From: an uncultured Gammaproteobacteria bacterium
GTDB taxonomy: Bacteria > Patescibacteriota > Patescibacteriia > UBA1558 > UBA10009
DNA: 64,000 nucleotides
Reading direction: 5' to 3'
Assembly (NCBI GenBank): GCA_964588165.1
Contig: CAZPMS010000006.1
Span: 3,425 to 67,424 of the forward strand
Part shown: positions 1 to 8,515 of the stretch, in pieces
How the letters are laid out: each line of letters opens with the position of its first letter
How positions within the stretch are numbered: position 1 is the stretch's first letter
Made by a program: the position numbers and the translations under genes
The notes under the pieces: generated by a model
What the model saw: only the letters and a program-made list of their open reading frames with translations
What the model was told of the DNA's origin: nothing
Database searches by the model: none

Positions 1-643
1 CCCTTAAATAACCTTCCGAAAGCCTGGCGATATTTTCTAAAACTTTGCTTTCTACTTTAATTTTTTCCTTCTTGGCAATATATTCCAAGTGGGTGGCGAT
101 ATCGCCTATTGGCACCTTTCTGAAATCAAACCGCTGGCACCTGGAAATAATGGTTTCGGGAATTTTATGAATTTCGGTGGTGGCTAAAATAAATAAAGCA
201 TGAGCCGGTGGCTCTTCTAAAGTTTTTAACAAGGCATTAAAGGCCTCGGTAGTTAGCATGTGGACTTCATCTATAATAAAAACTTTATATTTGCCTTTTA
301 CTGGAGTATATTTTGTCTGCTCCCTTAGTTCTCTAATTTCGTTAATGCCTCTATTGGAAGCAGCATCAATTTCCACTAAATCTAAAAAGTTGCCCTCTCT
401 TACTTCCTTGCAACTATCACACTCACAGCAAGGTTCATTGCCTTTCCTGTTAGTACAGTTTAAAGTCTTAGCCAAAATTCTGGCAATAGTTGTTTTACCA
501 ATGCCCCTAGGGCCGGAAAATAAAAAAGCATGAGCCAGCTTGCCAGACTCAATTTCGTTTTGCAGGGTAACCTTAATGTGGTTTTGGGCGATAACTTCAG
601 CAAACTTACCCGGCCTGTATTTTCTATATAAAGTGGTAGACAT
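1..643 (-). CDS. dnaX: DNA polymerase III subunit gamma/tau, N-terminal ~214 codons (rest lies beyond window start)
   Basis: Absent from the ORF track because it is open at the window edge. Minus strand from ATG at 643 reads MSTTLYRKYRPGKFAEVIAQNH..FSGPRGIGKTT..IIDEVHMLT..LKTLEEPP..SRCQRFDF (clamp-loader AAA+ boxes). Track ORFs 258-533 and 540-749 are its antisense shadows. Confidence 0.9.
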   Translation of the reverse strand, partial: MSTTLYRKYRPGKFAEVIAQNHIKVTLQNEIESGKLAHAFLFSGPRGIGKTTIARILAKTLNCTNRKGNEPCCECDSCKEVREGNFLDLVEIDAASNRGINEIRELREQTKYTPVKGKYKVFIIDEVHMLTTEAFNALLKTLEEPPAHALFILATTEIHKIPETIISRCQRFDFRKVPIGDIATHLEYIAKKEKIKVESKVLENIARLSEGYLR

Positions 644-720
644 AAGCTATAAAATTTTAACAGAACGGATGATAAAAATCAACCTACAAAATTTACCTAT
701 TTCCATATTAAATTTAGCAG

Positions 721-761
721 AAAATAAAAAACCCCGCACGTTTTGTTAATATTACGTGCGG
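721..761 (-). terminator. Rho-independent terminator after islet ORF 1
   Basis: Stem CCGCACGT (734-741) / ACGTGCGG (754-761). The A-run 721-731 on plus gives a U-run after the hairpin on minus. Confidence 0.6.
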
Positions 762-785
762 AGTCAAAGCTCTAGAAGCTGGACG

Positions 786-1316
786 TTACACTACAAAAGC
801 CGCGGGGTCGCCGTGGCTGAAGTCATAACCAAGCCAGTGTCCAAGCCAGCCCCACCTGTCGTCGTCCCAGTAGAGGAAACGAACGCTTAGGTCGCCATTT
901 GGGTAGCGATATATGGTACCCCAGAAGAAGATACGTTTACTTTTCCATTCCTCAGGAATAAGGTACGGATAAGCAAGTAGGTAGTCAAGGACATTGGCGT
1001 TGAAAACGGGCTTACCTTTCAGCTCCTTGTAAAGCTCATTGCCTTCAATTGCACTATCACCTTCTTGCTTCTTGGAAAGATAGAAAGAAACCCCGTTGGG
1101 ATCCCATTCCAGCTGTCCGCCATTGGTATGCTCTTCGACTTTCCAGTCTTTGGGCGCGAAAGGTTTGGCATCGCAATCAATAATACTGGTACCTCTTAGT
1201 AAAATCTGCAAGCCGGCCTTGGTAATTCTTCCGCTCTCAATTTGAGCGAAAAACTCTTTTAGCTGAGCGGGCGTTGGAGCTTTTGGACCCCAGTCAGCAG
1301 CATGTGATCTATGCAT
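786..1316 (-). CDS. hypothetical protein, Trp-rich (GC-rich islet ORF 1)
   Basis: 176-177 aa ORF. ATG at 1316 lies 6 nt after AGGAGG (the track start is GTG at 1319). G+C is clearly higher than the flanks. Own promoter and terminator. No family recognised. Confidence 0.6.
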   Translation of the reverse strand: MHRSHAADWGPKAPTPAQLKEFFAQIESGRITKAGLQILLRGTSIIDCDAKPFAPKDWKVEEHTNGGQLEWDPNGVSFYLSKKQEGDSAIEGNELYKELKGKPVFNANVLDYLLAYPYLIPEEWKSKRIFFWGTIYRYPNGDLSVRFLYWDDDRWGWLGHWLGYDFSHGDPAAFVV

Positions 1317-1458
1317 CACACACCTCCTATTTTAAACACTTTGCTAGAGGACTACCCCTTGTAGTCATAGCCAGAAATTACCATCCTTCGACAAAATATA
1401 GGATAACAAGTAACTTTTGGCTATAACTACTAGATTAAATGAACTTAAAGAATATATT

Positions 1459-1487
1459 ATACTAGCATATTTTACTTATTTTGTCAA
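1459..1487 (-). promoter_or_regulatory. sigma70-type promoter of islet ORF 1
   Basis: Minus strand TTGACA (1487-1482), N17, TAGTAT (1464-1459). This leaves a ~140-nt leader with a long-range stem GTTATAGCCA/TGGCTATGAC before AGGAGG. Confidence 0.6.
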
Positions 1488-1610
1488 GTTTTTATACCGT
1501 CTCTATTAATCATACTTATTATGGTCATGCTATGACTTTAGCTTTCACCTAACCAAACCCAAAGCCAATAAAAATCAACTAGTGGAATTAAAAAAAGCTT
1601 TTCCTCAATT

Positions 1611-1693
1611 GTCATTTCGAGCTCCGTCGAGAAATCCCGTTATAAACAGTACGTTTTAATAACACGGGATCCCTCCGCTCCGGTCGGGATGAT
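1611..1693. mobile_element. 83-bp MITE, GTCAT-TIR family, copy 1
   Basis: Left arm GTCATTTCGAGCTCCGTCGAGAAATCCCGTTA. Right arm reverse-complements to ATCATCCCGACCGGAGCGGAGGGATCCCGTGTTA. Centre contains AGTACGT. Same length and layout as 57437-57519. Confidence 0.75.
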
Positions 1694-1705
1694 AAAAATC
1701 AAATC

Positions 1706-1736
1706 AAAAAACGGGGAATAAAATCCCCGCTTTTTT
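1706..1736. terminator. bidirectional hairpin terminator
   Basis: CGGGGA-ATAAAA-TCCCCG (1712-1729) flanked by an A-run and a T-run. Sits just downstream of the stop of 1750-2283 (minus). Confidence 0.7.
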
Positions 1737-1749
1737 AAATATCTTATAT

Positions 1750-2283
1750 CTATTTTTTATTGATAACGTTCTCTATGGCTGCCCATTGGCTATCGGCTCC
1801 TTTGGGCACCAAAATTACCACTTCATCGCCCTCGCCACCTTTAAAATAAGTAACCGAGGCCAAAATAACTTTAAAGGCTTTCTTTTCTGCTAAGGCACTA
1901 TATTCACCGGTGGCTTCATCCCTAATAAGCTTGCCTACTAAACGTTCTCTTTCTACCGGGCCGATTTGCTTGTAAATAAAATTACCGGCTTCATCTATAG
2001 TTAATTTTAAAATATCTCCCTCAACCAATTTTGATTTAGAAATATAGTTGGCAGGAACTGAATATTGCTTGCCATCCGGGCCGATCATTTTTTCACCATC
2101 AAACACGCCTTCTATTATTCTTTCATCGCCCTTTTTAGTTTCCTCGCCTACTACAGAAGCTTTTTTGGTAAAGTCAGTTTTATCTGTCGGGCCAATGCTG
2201 CCCCCTTCTAAAATAACTTTACATTTTTGCACTTGGATTTCAATATTATCCAAAATTTGTTTTAGTTCATTTACGTTTTTCAT
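1750..2283 (-). CDS. conserved hypothetical protein
   Basis: 177 aa AT-rich native-style ORF. No motif I can name. Confidence 0.55.
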   Translation of the reverse strand: MKNVNELKQILDNIEIQVQKCKVILEGGSIGPTDKTDFTKKASVVGEETKKGDERIIEGVFDGEKMIGPDGKQYSVPANYISKSKLVEGDILKLTIDEAGNFIYKQIGPVERERLVGKLIRDEATGEYSALAEKKAFKVILASVTYFKGGEGDEVVILVPKGADSQWAAIENVINKK

Positions 2284-2403
2284 ATTTATTTTTATTTAAT
2301 TTTATTTTGTTTTATATCTATTTTTGATAGTATTTTAAATATATCAGTAACAATAAAGCTGTCAATTAATATCTTGTTAATAAATTGTGAAAAAATAACA
2401 CCA

Positions 2404-2497
2404 ATAACACACGATGCTCACGAATGGCTCACAGATAGCGCGAGGATATATGTGCGCTATTAGTGTAATATCAGTGAGCAACAGTATTATTAGTGAT
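2404..2497 (+). repeat. noncoding element F, copy 1 (homologous to 47986-48077)
   Basis: Shares the exact 15-mer GTGCGCTATTAGTGT (2452-2466 vs 48031-48045), AGCAACAGTrTTATTAGT (2477-2494 vs 48057-48074) and ATAACAC..GATGCTC in the same order and orientation. Confidence 0.6.
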
Positions 2498-2504
2498 TAT
2501 TCTG

Positions 2505-5075
2505 TTACTTATTAGCAGTGTCCTGCGAAAGCTTCATCCTTTCCAAAATCTCCTGTTCTACAATATTCCTGTCTCGGCCGTACTTTAAGCGCGAAGCTTC
2601 TTTAACTTTAAAAACGATTGATTTATCACCAGGCTTTGGCGGATAAGTTTTAATGTTAAAAGCCGGCACGTTCTGGTTATCTATTAATAATTTTAGATAG
2701 GCGTTAAACTTAGGAATATTTATTAAATCATATTCATTAAAAACAGGGTTAAACTGTTTAGCCACTAGTTCGGCATCATCCGGGCCTATCCTAAAGGAAG
2801 CCATTGTACCTACATTGCCAAAAACAGAATCCCTGATAGAAGTATCGTTGCCTTTTACCAGCTGGCCCACATATTGGTGCGCCACAGTTAAACTTAATTT
2901 ATATTTTCTGGCTTCTGATAAAATTATAGAAATGCTTTCGGTAATGAAATTTTGGAACTCATCTATATATAAATAATAATCGTGCCGCTTTTCTTCTGGC
3001 AATTCTACTCTGGAGAGGGCGGATATTAGAATCTTGCCAACAACTACCATGCCCAATAAATTTGCGGACATATCACCAATGGTCCCTTTGGCCAGTTTAA
3101 TTAGCAAAATCTTTTTCTTGTCCATTACTTCTCTAAAATTAAAAGAACTTTTTTGCTGGGCAATAATCGGCCTTAATAAATCGCTGGAGACAAATGGAGT
3201 TAATTTACTGGTGATATAAGGAACCATATTAGCCAATGATGCTTCGCCGCCGGCTTTTTCTGCCTCTTTCTCCCAAAAATCCCTTACCACCGGATTTACA
3301 CATTTAGAAAGCTTGTATCTCCTAAAATTAGGGTCGGCTAAAACCTTGGGTACTTCCAATAAAGTTGAGCCGGACACAGGATCTTCCATCATTAGCAGCA
3401 TGGCATTACGCATATACTGTTCAAACATTGGGCCACCGGTGGCTTTAAGGTCGTAGAGCTTATCAAAAATATTTATCATTTCGTTTATCACGAAAGTTTT
3501 TTGTTCCGGCGTGCTAAACTCCAGCATATTAAGCCCGATAGGCCTCTTGGTATCAGCTGGATCAAACAAAATTACATCGTCTACTCTGCCTTCGGGGATA
3601 TGCTCCATTACTGTTTCTATTAAATCTCCGTGGGGATCTATAACGCAAACGCCTTGGTTATTTTTAATGTCTTGGATTATCATGTTGGACATAAAAACAG
3701 ATTTACCGGTACCGGACTTGCCAATTATATACATATGCCTTAAGCGGTCCGAACTTTTAATTCTTATTGGCGCTTTTATTCCCCGATATAAATTCTCTCC
3801 CAAAATAAGGCCCTCTTTGGGTAAATTAAGAGGCGGCGTGGCCTTCCTGGCTTCTAACCAATTTATATTAGGTGTTTCTGAAGAAGGCAAAGGCAAGTGC
3901 CATAGGCTGGCCATTTCTTCAGCATTTAAAATTAAACTTTTTTTTGGAATAAAACTTCTATGGATAAAATTGGAGATCAATTTGGGAACTTTAATAAATT
4001 TTGCTTTTTTAAATCCATTGCCATATTCATAAATATTAAACTGAGAAAAAGCATTAATAATATTTTCTAAATAAGCCTCGGCCTTTTGCCTGTTTGGAGC
4101 AGAAACCACTACCCTTATGTTTGCTTCCATGCCTGCCTTGCTGGTTTTTTCTTCAATACCTTTTACCACCTCTGCTTCCATGGGAGAAAGCATTCTTCTT
4201 TCATCTGCTTCTTCTATATTTTTAGAAGCATCCTTTTTAGTTTTAAAAAAGCTTAAAGTGCCAACCACAGCGTTGGTTAGCTTATCAAAAATATTGCCTA
4301 AGCCTGCTTTCCTTAAAGCTACACTTAATTTTTTACCCTGTTGCATTTCTCTTGCTACAATTACTCCTTTGCGATGCCAGCTTTTATAAGCAGACCTAGC
4401 CACCAGCTGAATGGCTGCTCCTGATTCTTCACCTATTTTTGAAAAAGCATTGGTTAAAGCATTTAACGGATCGCTATCAGACTTTTTGTAAGTTTTAATT
4501 GGAAAAATAAAATCTCTGCCAAACTTTAAATAACTGCCAACCACCACGCCCTGGGCAGAAAAAATATTATAGTCTTCTAACTCCTCTATCTGTGCAAAAG
4601 GGTAAGAAGCATGGATTTGCTGTTCTAGGGTATCTTTTAAATAATCAGGAATGGCTACATAAAAATTAATCTTGCCATTTTGGGTTACGATTTCTACAGA
4701 AAAATGGTCTGATCTGCCAAAGATCCAGCTCTTTGTCCCTCTCTGGGCTTTAAGGCCGCCTAAAACAGAAAAAATGTTTTCCGCTACACCTATTTGTTCT
4801 TGGATTGTTTGGGGGGAATCATCGGCACCTTCTTTTTTTAAATTTTCTTTAGGCACGGTAATGAGCAAAATTTTCATTTTTAAAGCAGAAGGAACCTTAT
4901 TGCTTTTGGCTAAAAAACTTCTAACAATTAAAAAGGCGGTTATTAAAACCACCAACAAGATAAATATTAAAATAAAAGCTAAAAACCAAGTATTTTCCAA
5001 AAGGGCATTAGCCTGGGCAGTAAAAGGCGAATTTGACTCTATAACTATTTGCAAGGCAAACAAAGTTAAATACAT
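2505..5075 (-). CDS. VirD4/TraG-family (type IV coupling protein-like) P-loop NTPase with N-terminal membrane anchor
   Basis: 856 aa. N-terminal TM segments, Walker A IGKSGTGKS, Walker B-like YYLYIDEFQNF, then AHQYVGQL. Assignment by motif only. Confidence 0.65.
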   Translation of the reverse strand: MYLTLFALQIVIESNSPFTAQANALLENTWFLAFILIFILLVVLITAFLIVRSFLAKSNKVPSALKMKILLITVPKENLKKEGADDSPQTIQEQIGVAENIFSVLGGLKAQRGTKSWIFGRSDHFSVEIVTQNGKINFYVAIPDYLKDTLEQQIHASYPFAQIEELEDYNIFSAQGVVVGSYLKFGRDFIFPIKTYKKSDSDPLNALTNAFSKIGEESGAAIQLVARSAYKSWHRKGVIVAREMQQGKKLSVALRKAGLGNIFDKLTNAVVGTLSFFKTKKDASKNIEEADERRMLSPMEAEVVKGIEEKTSKAGMEANIRVVVSAPNRQKAEAYLENIINAFSQFNIYEYGNGFKKAKFIKVPKLISNFIHRSFIPKKSLILNAEEMASLWHLPLPSSETPNINWLEARKATPPLNLPKEGLILGENLYRGIKAPIRIKSSDRLRHMYIIGKSGTGKSVFMSNMIIQDIKNNQGVCVIDPHGDLIETVMEHIPEGRVDDVILFDPADTKRPIGLNMLEFSTPEQKTFVINEMINIFDKLYDLKATGGPMFEQYMRNAMLLMMEDPVSGSTLLEVPKVLADPNFRRYKLSKCVNPVVRDFWEKEAEKAGGEASLANMVPYITSKLTPFVSSDLLRPIIAQQKSSFNFREVMDKKKILLIKLAKGTIGDMSANLLGMVVVGKILISALSRVELPEEKRHDYYLYIDEFQNFITESISIILSEARKYKLSLTVAHQYVGQLVKGNDTSIRDSVFGNVGTMASFRIGPDDAELVAKQFNPVFNEYDLINIPKFNAYLKLLIDNQNVPAFNIKTYPPKPGDKSIVFKVKEASRLKYGRDRNIVEQEILERMKLSQDTANK

Positions 5076-5083
5076 ATATAATT

Positions 5084-5611
5084 TTACTTTCTATTTTTTA
5101 AACCTAATATCCTATCAGCTTTTATTTTAGCTTCTTGTTCTAAAAAAAACCTGTTTACTCCAGGAATAATTTTAAGCCAGTTTATAATTAGTTCAAATAT
5201 TTTTTGTGTTTTAATTTTGGCAGCGCCTAAGAGTTGTGAAATTTTTGTAGCTGTTTCTTCGCCGGCCTTTCTAAATTCCTTCTGTTTTTCGGGCGGCATT
5301 TTGCTATAAACTTCAGCAAGGCCAGTTTCTAAAACACTCTCTATTTGCTTAAAATAGACTCCTTTAGCAACTACTGGCTGTGTTTTTATTGGTTTTGCCG
5401 GAACTGAGATTGGCGGTTCCTCTTTTTTGCCTTTTTTAAATTCCTGGTCAGCCGGCAAAGCCTCTGTTTTAACCTCCTGTTTTTGTTCAGGAACTAAATC
5501 TGGAATTTCTAAAATCTCGGGCTGTTTTTTTATAGCCTCTTTTTTAGGCAACTCTGAAGCAACTTCCAGCCCTGCCAGCGGATCTTCTATTTTATCTTGA
5601 TTTTTATCCAT
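5084..5611 (-). CDS. hypothetical protein (Lys/Glu/Pro-rich N-terminus)
   Basis: 175 aa ORF, 8 nt upstream of the ATPase gene on the same strand. No recognisable domain. Confidence 0.5.
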   Translation of the reverse strand: MDKNQDKIEDPLAGLEVASELPKKEAIKKQPEILEIPDLVPEQKQEVKTEALPADQEFKKGKKEEPPISVPAKPIKTQPVVAKGVYFKQIESVLETGLAEVYSKMPPEKQKEFRKAGEETATKISQLLGAAKIKTQKIFELIINWLKIIPGVNRFFLEQEAKIKADRILGLKNRK

Positions 5612-5655
5612 CTTAGCTTTTATTATACAATATTATTGGTTAATCTTCAATAAAA

Positions 5656-5664
5656 TGATATAAT
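5656..5664 (+). promoter_or_regulatory. extended -10 (TGaTATAAT) candidate for corA
   Basis: TGATATAAT lies 44 nt upstream of the corA ATG. No clear -35. Confidence 0.45.
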
Positions 5665-5707
5665 TTAAATGTAAAATACTACACACTACCAACTACAAAC
5701 TAATACC

Positions 5708-6640
5708 ATGCCAAAATCAAAAAACATCAAAGAGATTAAAACCAATAAAATGAAATGGATTTACTTAACCAATAACTCAAAAAGGGAAATTGATTATTTA
5801 AGGAACCATTTTTCTTTCCACCCATTAGATCTAGAAGATTGCCTTTCTCCGGCTCAACGGCCAAAGCTGGATGAATACCAAAACTATATTTTTATGATAA
5901 TGTCTTTCCCCTATTTTAACCGTTCTACCAGAGAAATACTGGCATCGGAAGTGGATTTTTTTATTGGCCCAAATTATTTAGTAACCGTTTCTGACGGCAA
6001 GCTGGCACCTTTAGCCAATTTTTTTGAACAATGCCAAATTAATGATTCTTACCGAGAAAAGTTTTTAGTTGATAGCCCGGCTTTTTTACTTTCAGAAATC
6101 TTAAATAAGCTTCAGCTTTACCTCCACCCAATGCTGGACCATATTCATGTTGATATCGAAAATGTCCAAAAAGTTATATTTGCCGGCTATGAAAAAAAGA
6201 TGGTTAAAGAAATTTTAATGGTTAAACGAAATATTATCAGCTTTAGAAAAATTATGCAGGCCCATAAAAACGTTATCCGCAAGCTCATTTCTAAAAAAGA
6301 AAAATTCTTTATTCCCAACACGGCTAATGTTTATCTTTCCAATAATCTGGAACAATCTAAAGATGTTTGGGATAATCTAGAAAGCCTTAAAGAAAATGTA
6401 GAAGCTTTGCATACAACCAACGAATCTTTAATTTCATTCAGGTTAAACGACATCATGAAAATTTTAACCATGATTTCTGTGATACTCCTGCCGATTAACT
6501 TAATTGCTTCCATTTTTGGCATGAACACGCCAATTATGCCTTTTATAAATAATCCAAACGGCTTTTATATTATTTTAGGCCTAATGTGCTGTTTGATAGT
6601 GTCTTTCTTCTTTTTCTTTAAAAAGAAAACTTGGCTATAA
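5708..6640 (+). CDS. corA: magnesium/cobalt transporter CorA
   Basis: 310 aa with two C-terminal TM helices and the signature FGMN (ASIFGMNTPIMPF). Confidence 0.85.
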   Translation: MPKSKNIKEIKTNKMKWIYLTNNSKREIDYLRNHFSFHPLDLEDCLSPAQRPKLDEYQNYIFMIMSFPYFNRSTREILASEVDFFIGPNYLVTVSDGKLAPLANFFEQCQINDSYREKFLVDSPAFLLSEILNKLQLYLHPMLDHIHVDIENVQKVIFAGYEKKMVKEILMVKRNIISFRKIMQAHKNVIRKLISKKEKFFIPNTANVYLSNNLEQSKDVWDNLESLKENVEALHTTNESLISFRLNDIMKILTMISVILLPINLIASIFGMNTPIMPFINNPNGFYIILGLMCCLIVSFFFFFKKKTWL

Positions 6641-6695
6641 ACTAGGTGGTAGTTAGTAGTTAGTAGATTCTTGATTAATTAAATATTGTTATATT

Positions 6696-6733
6696 AAAAA
6701 AGCCGTCCCGGATAAAACCGAAGGGCGGTTTTT
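6696..6733. terminator. bidirectional terminator between convergent corA and 6757-7173
   Basis: GCCGTCCC...GGGCGG stem (6702-6728) with an A-run before and a T-run after. Confidence 0.6.
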
Positions 6734-6756
6734 AATTTTAATCTACTCACTACAAC

Positions 6757-7173
6757 CTACTCACTAAATACAACTATCTCCTCATTAGTTTCTTCCAACA
6801 TATACCTTAAAGTATATACTTGGCCGTCGGACCAATAATAATAAGAAATATTTTCTGAAGCTGATGGATCTTGAGGAACTTCACCTAAAGCATTAACTAA
6901 AGCTTCATAACCATTGCTGGCTTCATCATTTTGGAAAGGAAAATTGTTATTTTGGCTATTATACTCTGTTAACTTGTTTTGAACAGCTTGAATATCTTCT
7001 TTTCTCTTAATATCTCTTTGTTTTACCAATTCTTTTTCATGATCTATGCCAGCCATAACTCCAGTACTAACCAAACCGATAATAGCTAAAGCTAACGGAA
7101 TAACTAAGATAACAGCACCTTTTTTATCTCGCCATGAGTAAATTTGAGAAGCGGATTTATTAGTTAAATTCAT
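6757..7173 (-). CDS. hypothetical membrane-anchored protein, pilin/pseudopilin-like C-terminal region
   Basis: 138 aa with an N-terminal hydrophobic helix. The RDIKRKEDIQAVQNKLTEYNSQNNNFP stretch resembles type IV pilin-like globular-domain openings. No G/FTLIE cleavage motif. Confidence 0.4.
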   Translation of the reverse strand: MNLTNKSASQIYSWRDKKGAVILVIPLALAIIGLVSTGVMAGIDHEKELVKQRDIKRKEDIQAVQNKLTEYNSQNNNFPFQNDEASNGYEALVNALGEVPQDPSASENISYYYWSDGQVYTLRYMLEETNEEIVVFSE

Positions 7174-7273
7174 ATTTTATTAGCTATATTTATATAGGTA
7201 ACTGAGGCATTATACTCTTTCTAAGAAAATCGTCAAGTTATCCTTGAAGTTAATTAAAATACATCCACGAGCT

Positions 7274-7312
7274 ATCTGCGGGTAATCTGGCGGGTAATCT
7301 GTGTTATCTGCG
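7274..7312 (+). repeat. phased heptamer array A (ATCTGCG, ATCTGGC, ATCTGTG, ATCTGCG)
   Basis: Heptamers start at 7274, 7285, 7297 and 7306 (spacing 11, 12, 9). The array ends 7 nt before TTGACA at 7319. Confidence 0.75.
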
Positions 7313-7318
7313 ACAGCA

Positions 7319-7347
7319 TTGACAAACCTGCTATTTTATGATAAGCT
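7319..7347 (+). promoter_or_regulatory. sigma70-type promoter of islet ORF 2
   Basis: TTGACA (7319-7324), N17, TAAGCT preceded by TG (extended -10-like). The leader contains CAACAAAAC-ATAGAGAGG before the ATG at 7397. Confidence 0.55.
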
Positions 7348-7396
7348 GATTTATTAAATTCTTTAACAACACCAACAAAACATAGAGAGGTCTACC

Positions 7397-8260
7397 ATGA
7401 GAAGAAGGTGGATAAAAATTGACGGTACTGATACCGTTATCCGCGGTAAAACGGTAACTTTGAATTTAGAGTTACCGAGTGAATTCCAAAACGTTCACAG
7501 TCGTGATTTGGTGATAAACTGTGATGAAGGAAATGTACTGATTTGTGAAAGGGATGGTATTCACATCGCACCGACCATTGAAGTTTTTCCTGATACTCCT
7601 GATGTTCTTACTTTGGAAGTTAAGGGTAAGCTCATTCATCAACCAACAACAAGGACTGATTCTGCAAAGGAAACCGGCAGAGGAGATCCTTACAAAGTTG
7701 GCGAGCCACAGGTGGAACCGATTTTCGCCGATCCTGATCCGGAAGCTGAAGAAGAAGCAGAACTGGAACAGATTGGTGAAAGAATTACTATCACCCAAGA
7801 AATGCCGGTATACGAAACCACTGAAATCCATCACTTTGAGGCTGAAGAAAATTATTCTGCACGCTTTACTTTCAGGGTGATTGATTCTCGGCCGCTGATC
7901 AAACGTAACGAACTCACTGAGCTTCGGTTTGAGCTACCTGATGGTTTCGGCAAAATCAATGAACATCATCTACCAAAGATTTTGGGAAAGGGCGCCTACG
8001 TTACCGAGTGGCAACAGATAGGCCAAGCCTTAACTGTTTCGGTGAAGACCAAAAAGTCTTCACCCGAGGAAATTACTCTGCGGGTTCGCGGCATGTGTGA
8101 AGGCGAACATACTGAGGAATTCTTCAAAATTGATGTAGAGCCGGAAACTGAAAAGGTTAAGAGAAAAACTCTTATAGCCTTGGCAATACTTCTGCTGATA
8201 GCTGCCAGCTTTGTTTCGGGCATATACATTTCTACTCTTTTCCCTCTGTTATTTCAGTAG
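7397..8260 (+). CDS. hypothetical tail-anchored protein with two beta-rich repeats and an acidic linker (GC-rich islet ORF 2)
   Basis: 287 aa. Internal repeat (..LTLEVKGK.. / ..ITLRVRGM..), DPDPEAEEEAELEQ linker and a single C-terminal TM helix. High G+C. SD GAGAGG. Confidence 0.6.
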   Translation: MRRRWIKIDGTDTVIRGKTVTLNLELPSEFQNVHSRDLVINCDEGNVLICERDGIHIAPTIEVFPDTPDVLTLEVKGKLIHQPTTRTDSAKETGRGDPYKVGEPQVEPIFADPDPEAEEEAELEQIGERITITQEMPVYETTEIHHFEAEENYSARFTFRVIDSRPLIKRNELTELRFELPDGFGKINEHHLPKILGKGAYVTEWQQIGQALTVSVKTKKSSPEEITLRVRGMCEGEHTEEFFKIDVEPETEKVKRKTLIALAILLLIAASFVSGIYISTLFPLLFQ

Positions 8261-8277
8261 ACCAAGTTAATTTCATT

Positions 8278-8311
8278 CCGTCGGTTAACACTAATAACCG
8301 GCGGTTTTTTA
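8278..8311 (+). terminator. Rho-independent terminator of islet ORF 2
   Basis: CCGTCGGTTA / TAACCGGCGG stem followed by TTTTTT. Confidence 0.7.
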
Positions 8312-8359
8312 TTTAAAAAAACTTAAAAATAAAAAATAGTAGATAGATATCCGCGGACT

Positions 8360-8409
8360 ATCAGTGATTAATCAGTGATCGTTCCGCGAATATCAGTGAA
8401 TTATCTATG
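8360..8409 (+). repeat. phased heptamer array B (ATCAGTG x3, ATCTATG)
   Basis: Heptamers start at 8360, 8371, 8392 and 8403 (spacing 11, 21, 11). The array ends 7 nt before TTGACA at 8416. Confidence 0.7.
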
Positions 8410-8415
8410 AAAAAC

Positions 8416-8444
8416 TTGACAAAATCAATAAATTATGCTAAATT
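8416..8444 (+). promoter_or_regulatory. sigma70-type promoter of islet ORF 3
   Basis: TTGACA (8416-8421), N17, TAAATT (8439-8444). The leader has the palindrome AATGTTgttgAACATT (8456-8471), ACATAGACAAAAC, and SD AAAGGAG. Confidence 0.65.
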
Positions 8445-8515
8445 ACAATGTTAAAAATGTTGTTGAACATTGACAAAAAAACGCTAAACATAGACAAAAC
8501 AAAGGAGTACTGAAA

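Noticed and set aside
258-749. Plus-strand ORFs 258-533 and 540-749
   Set aside because: They are antisense shadows of the partial dnaX gene.
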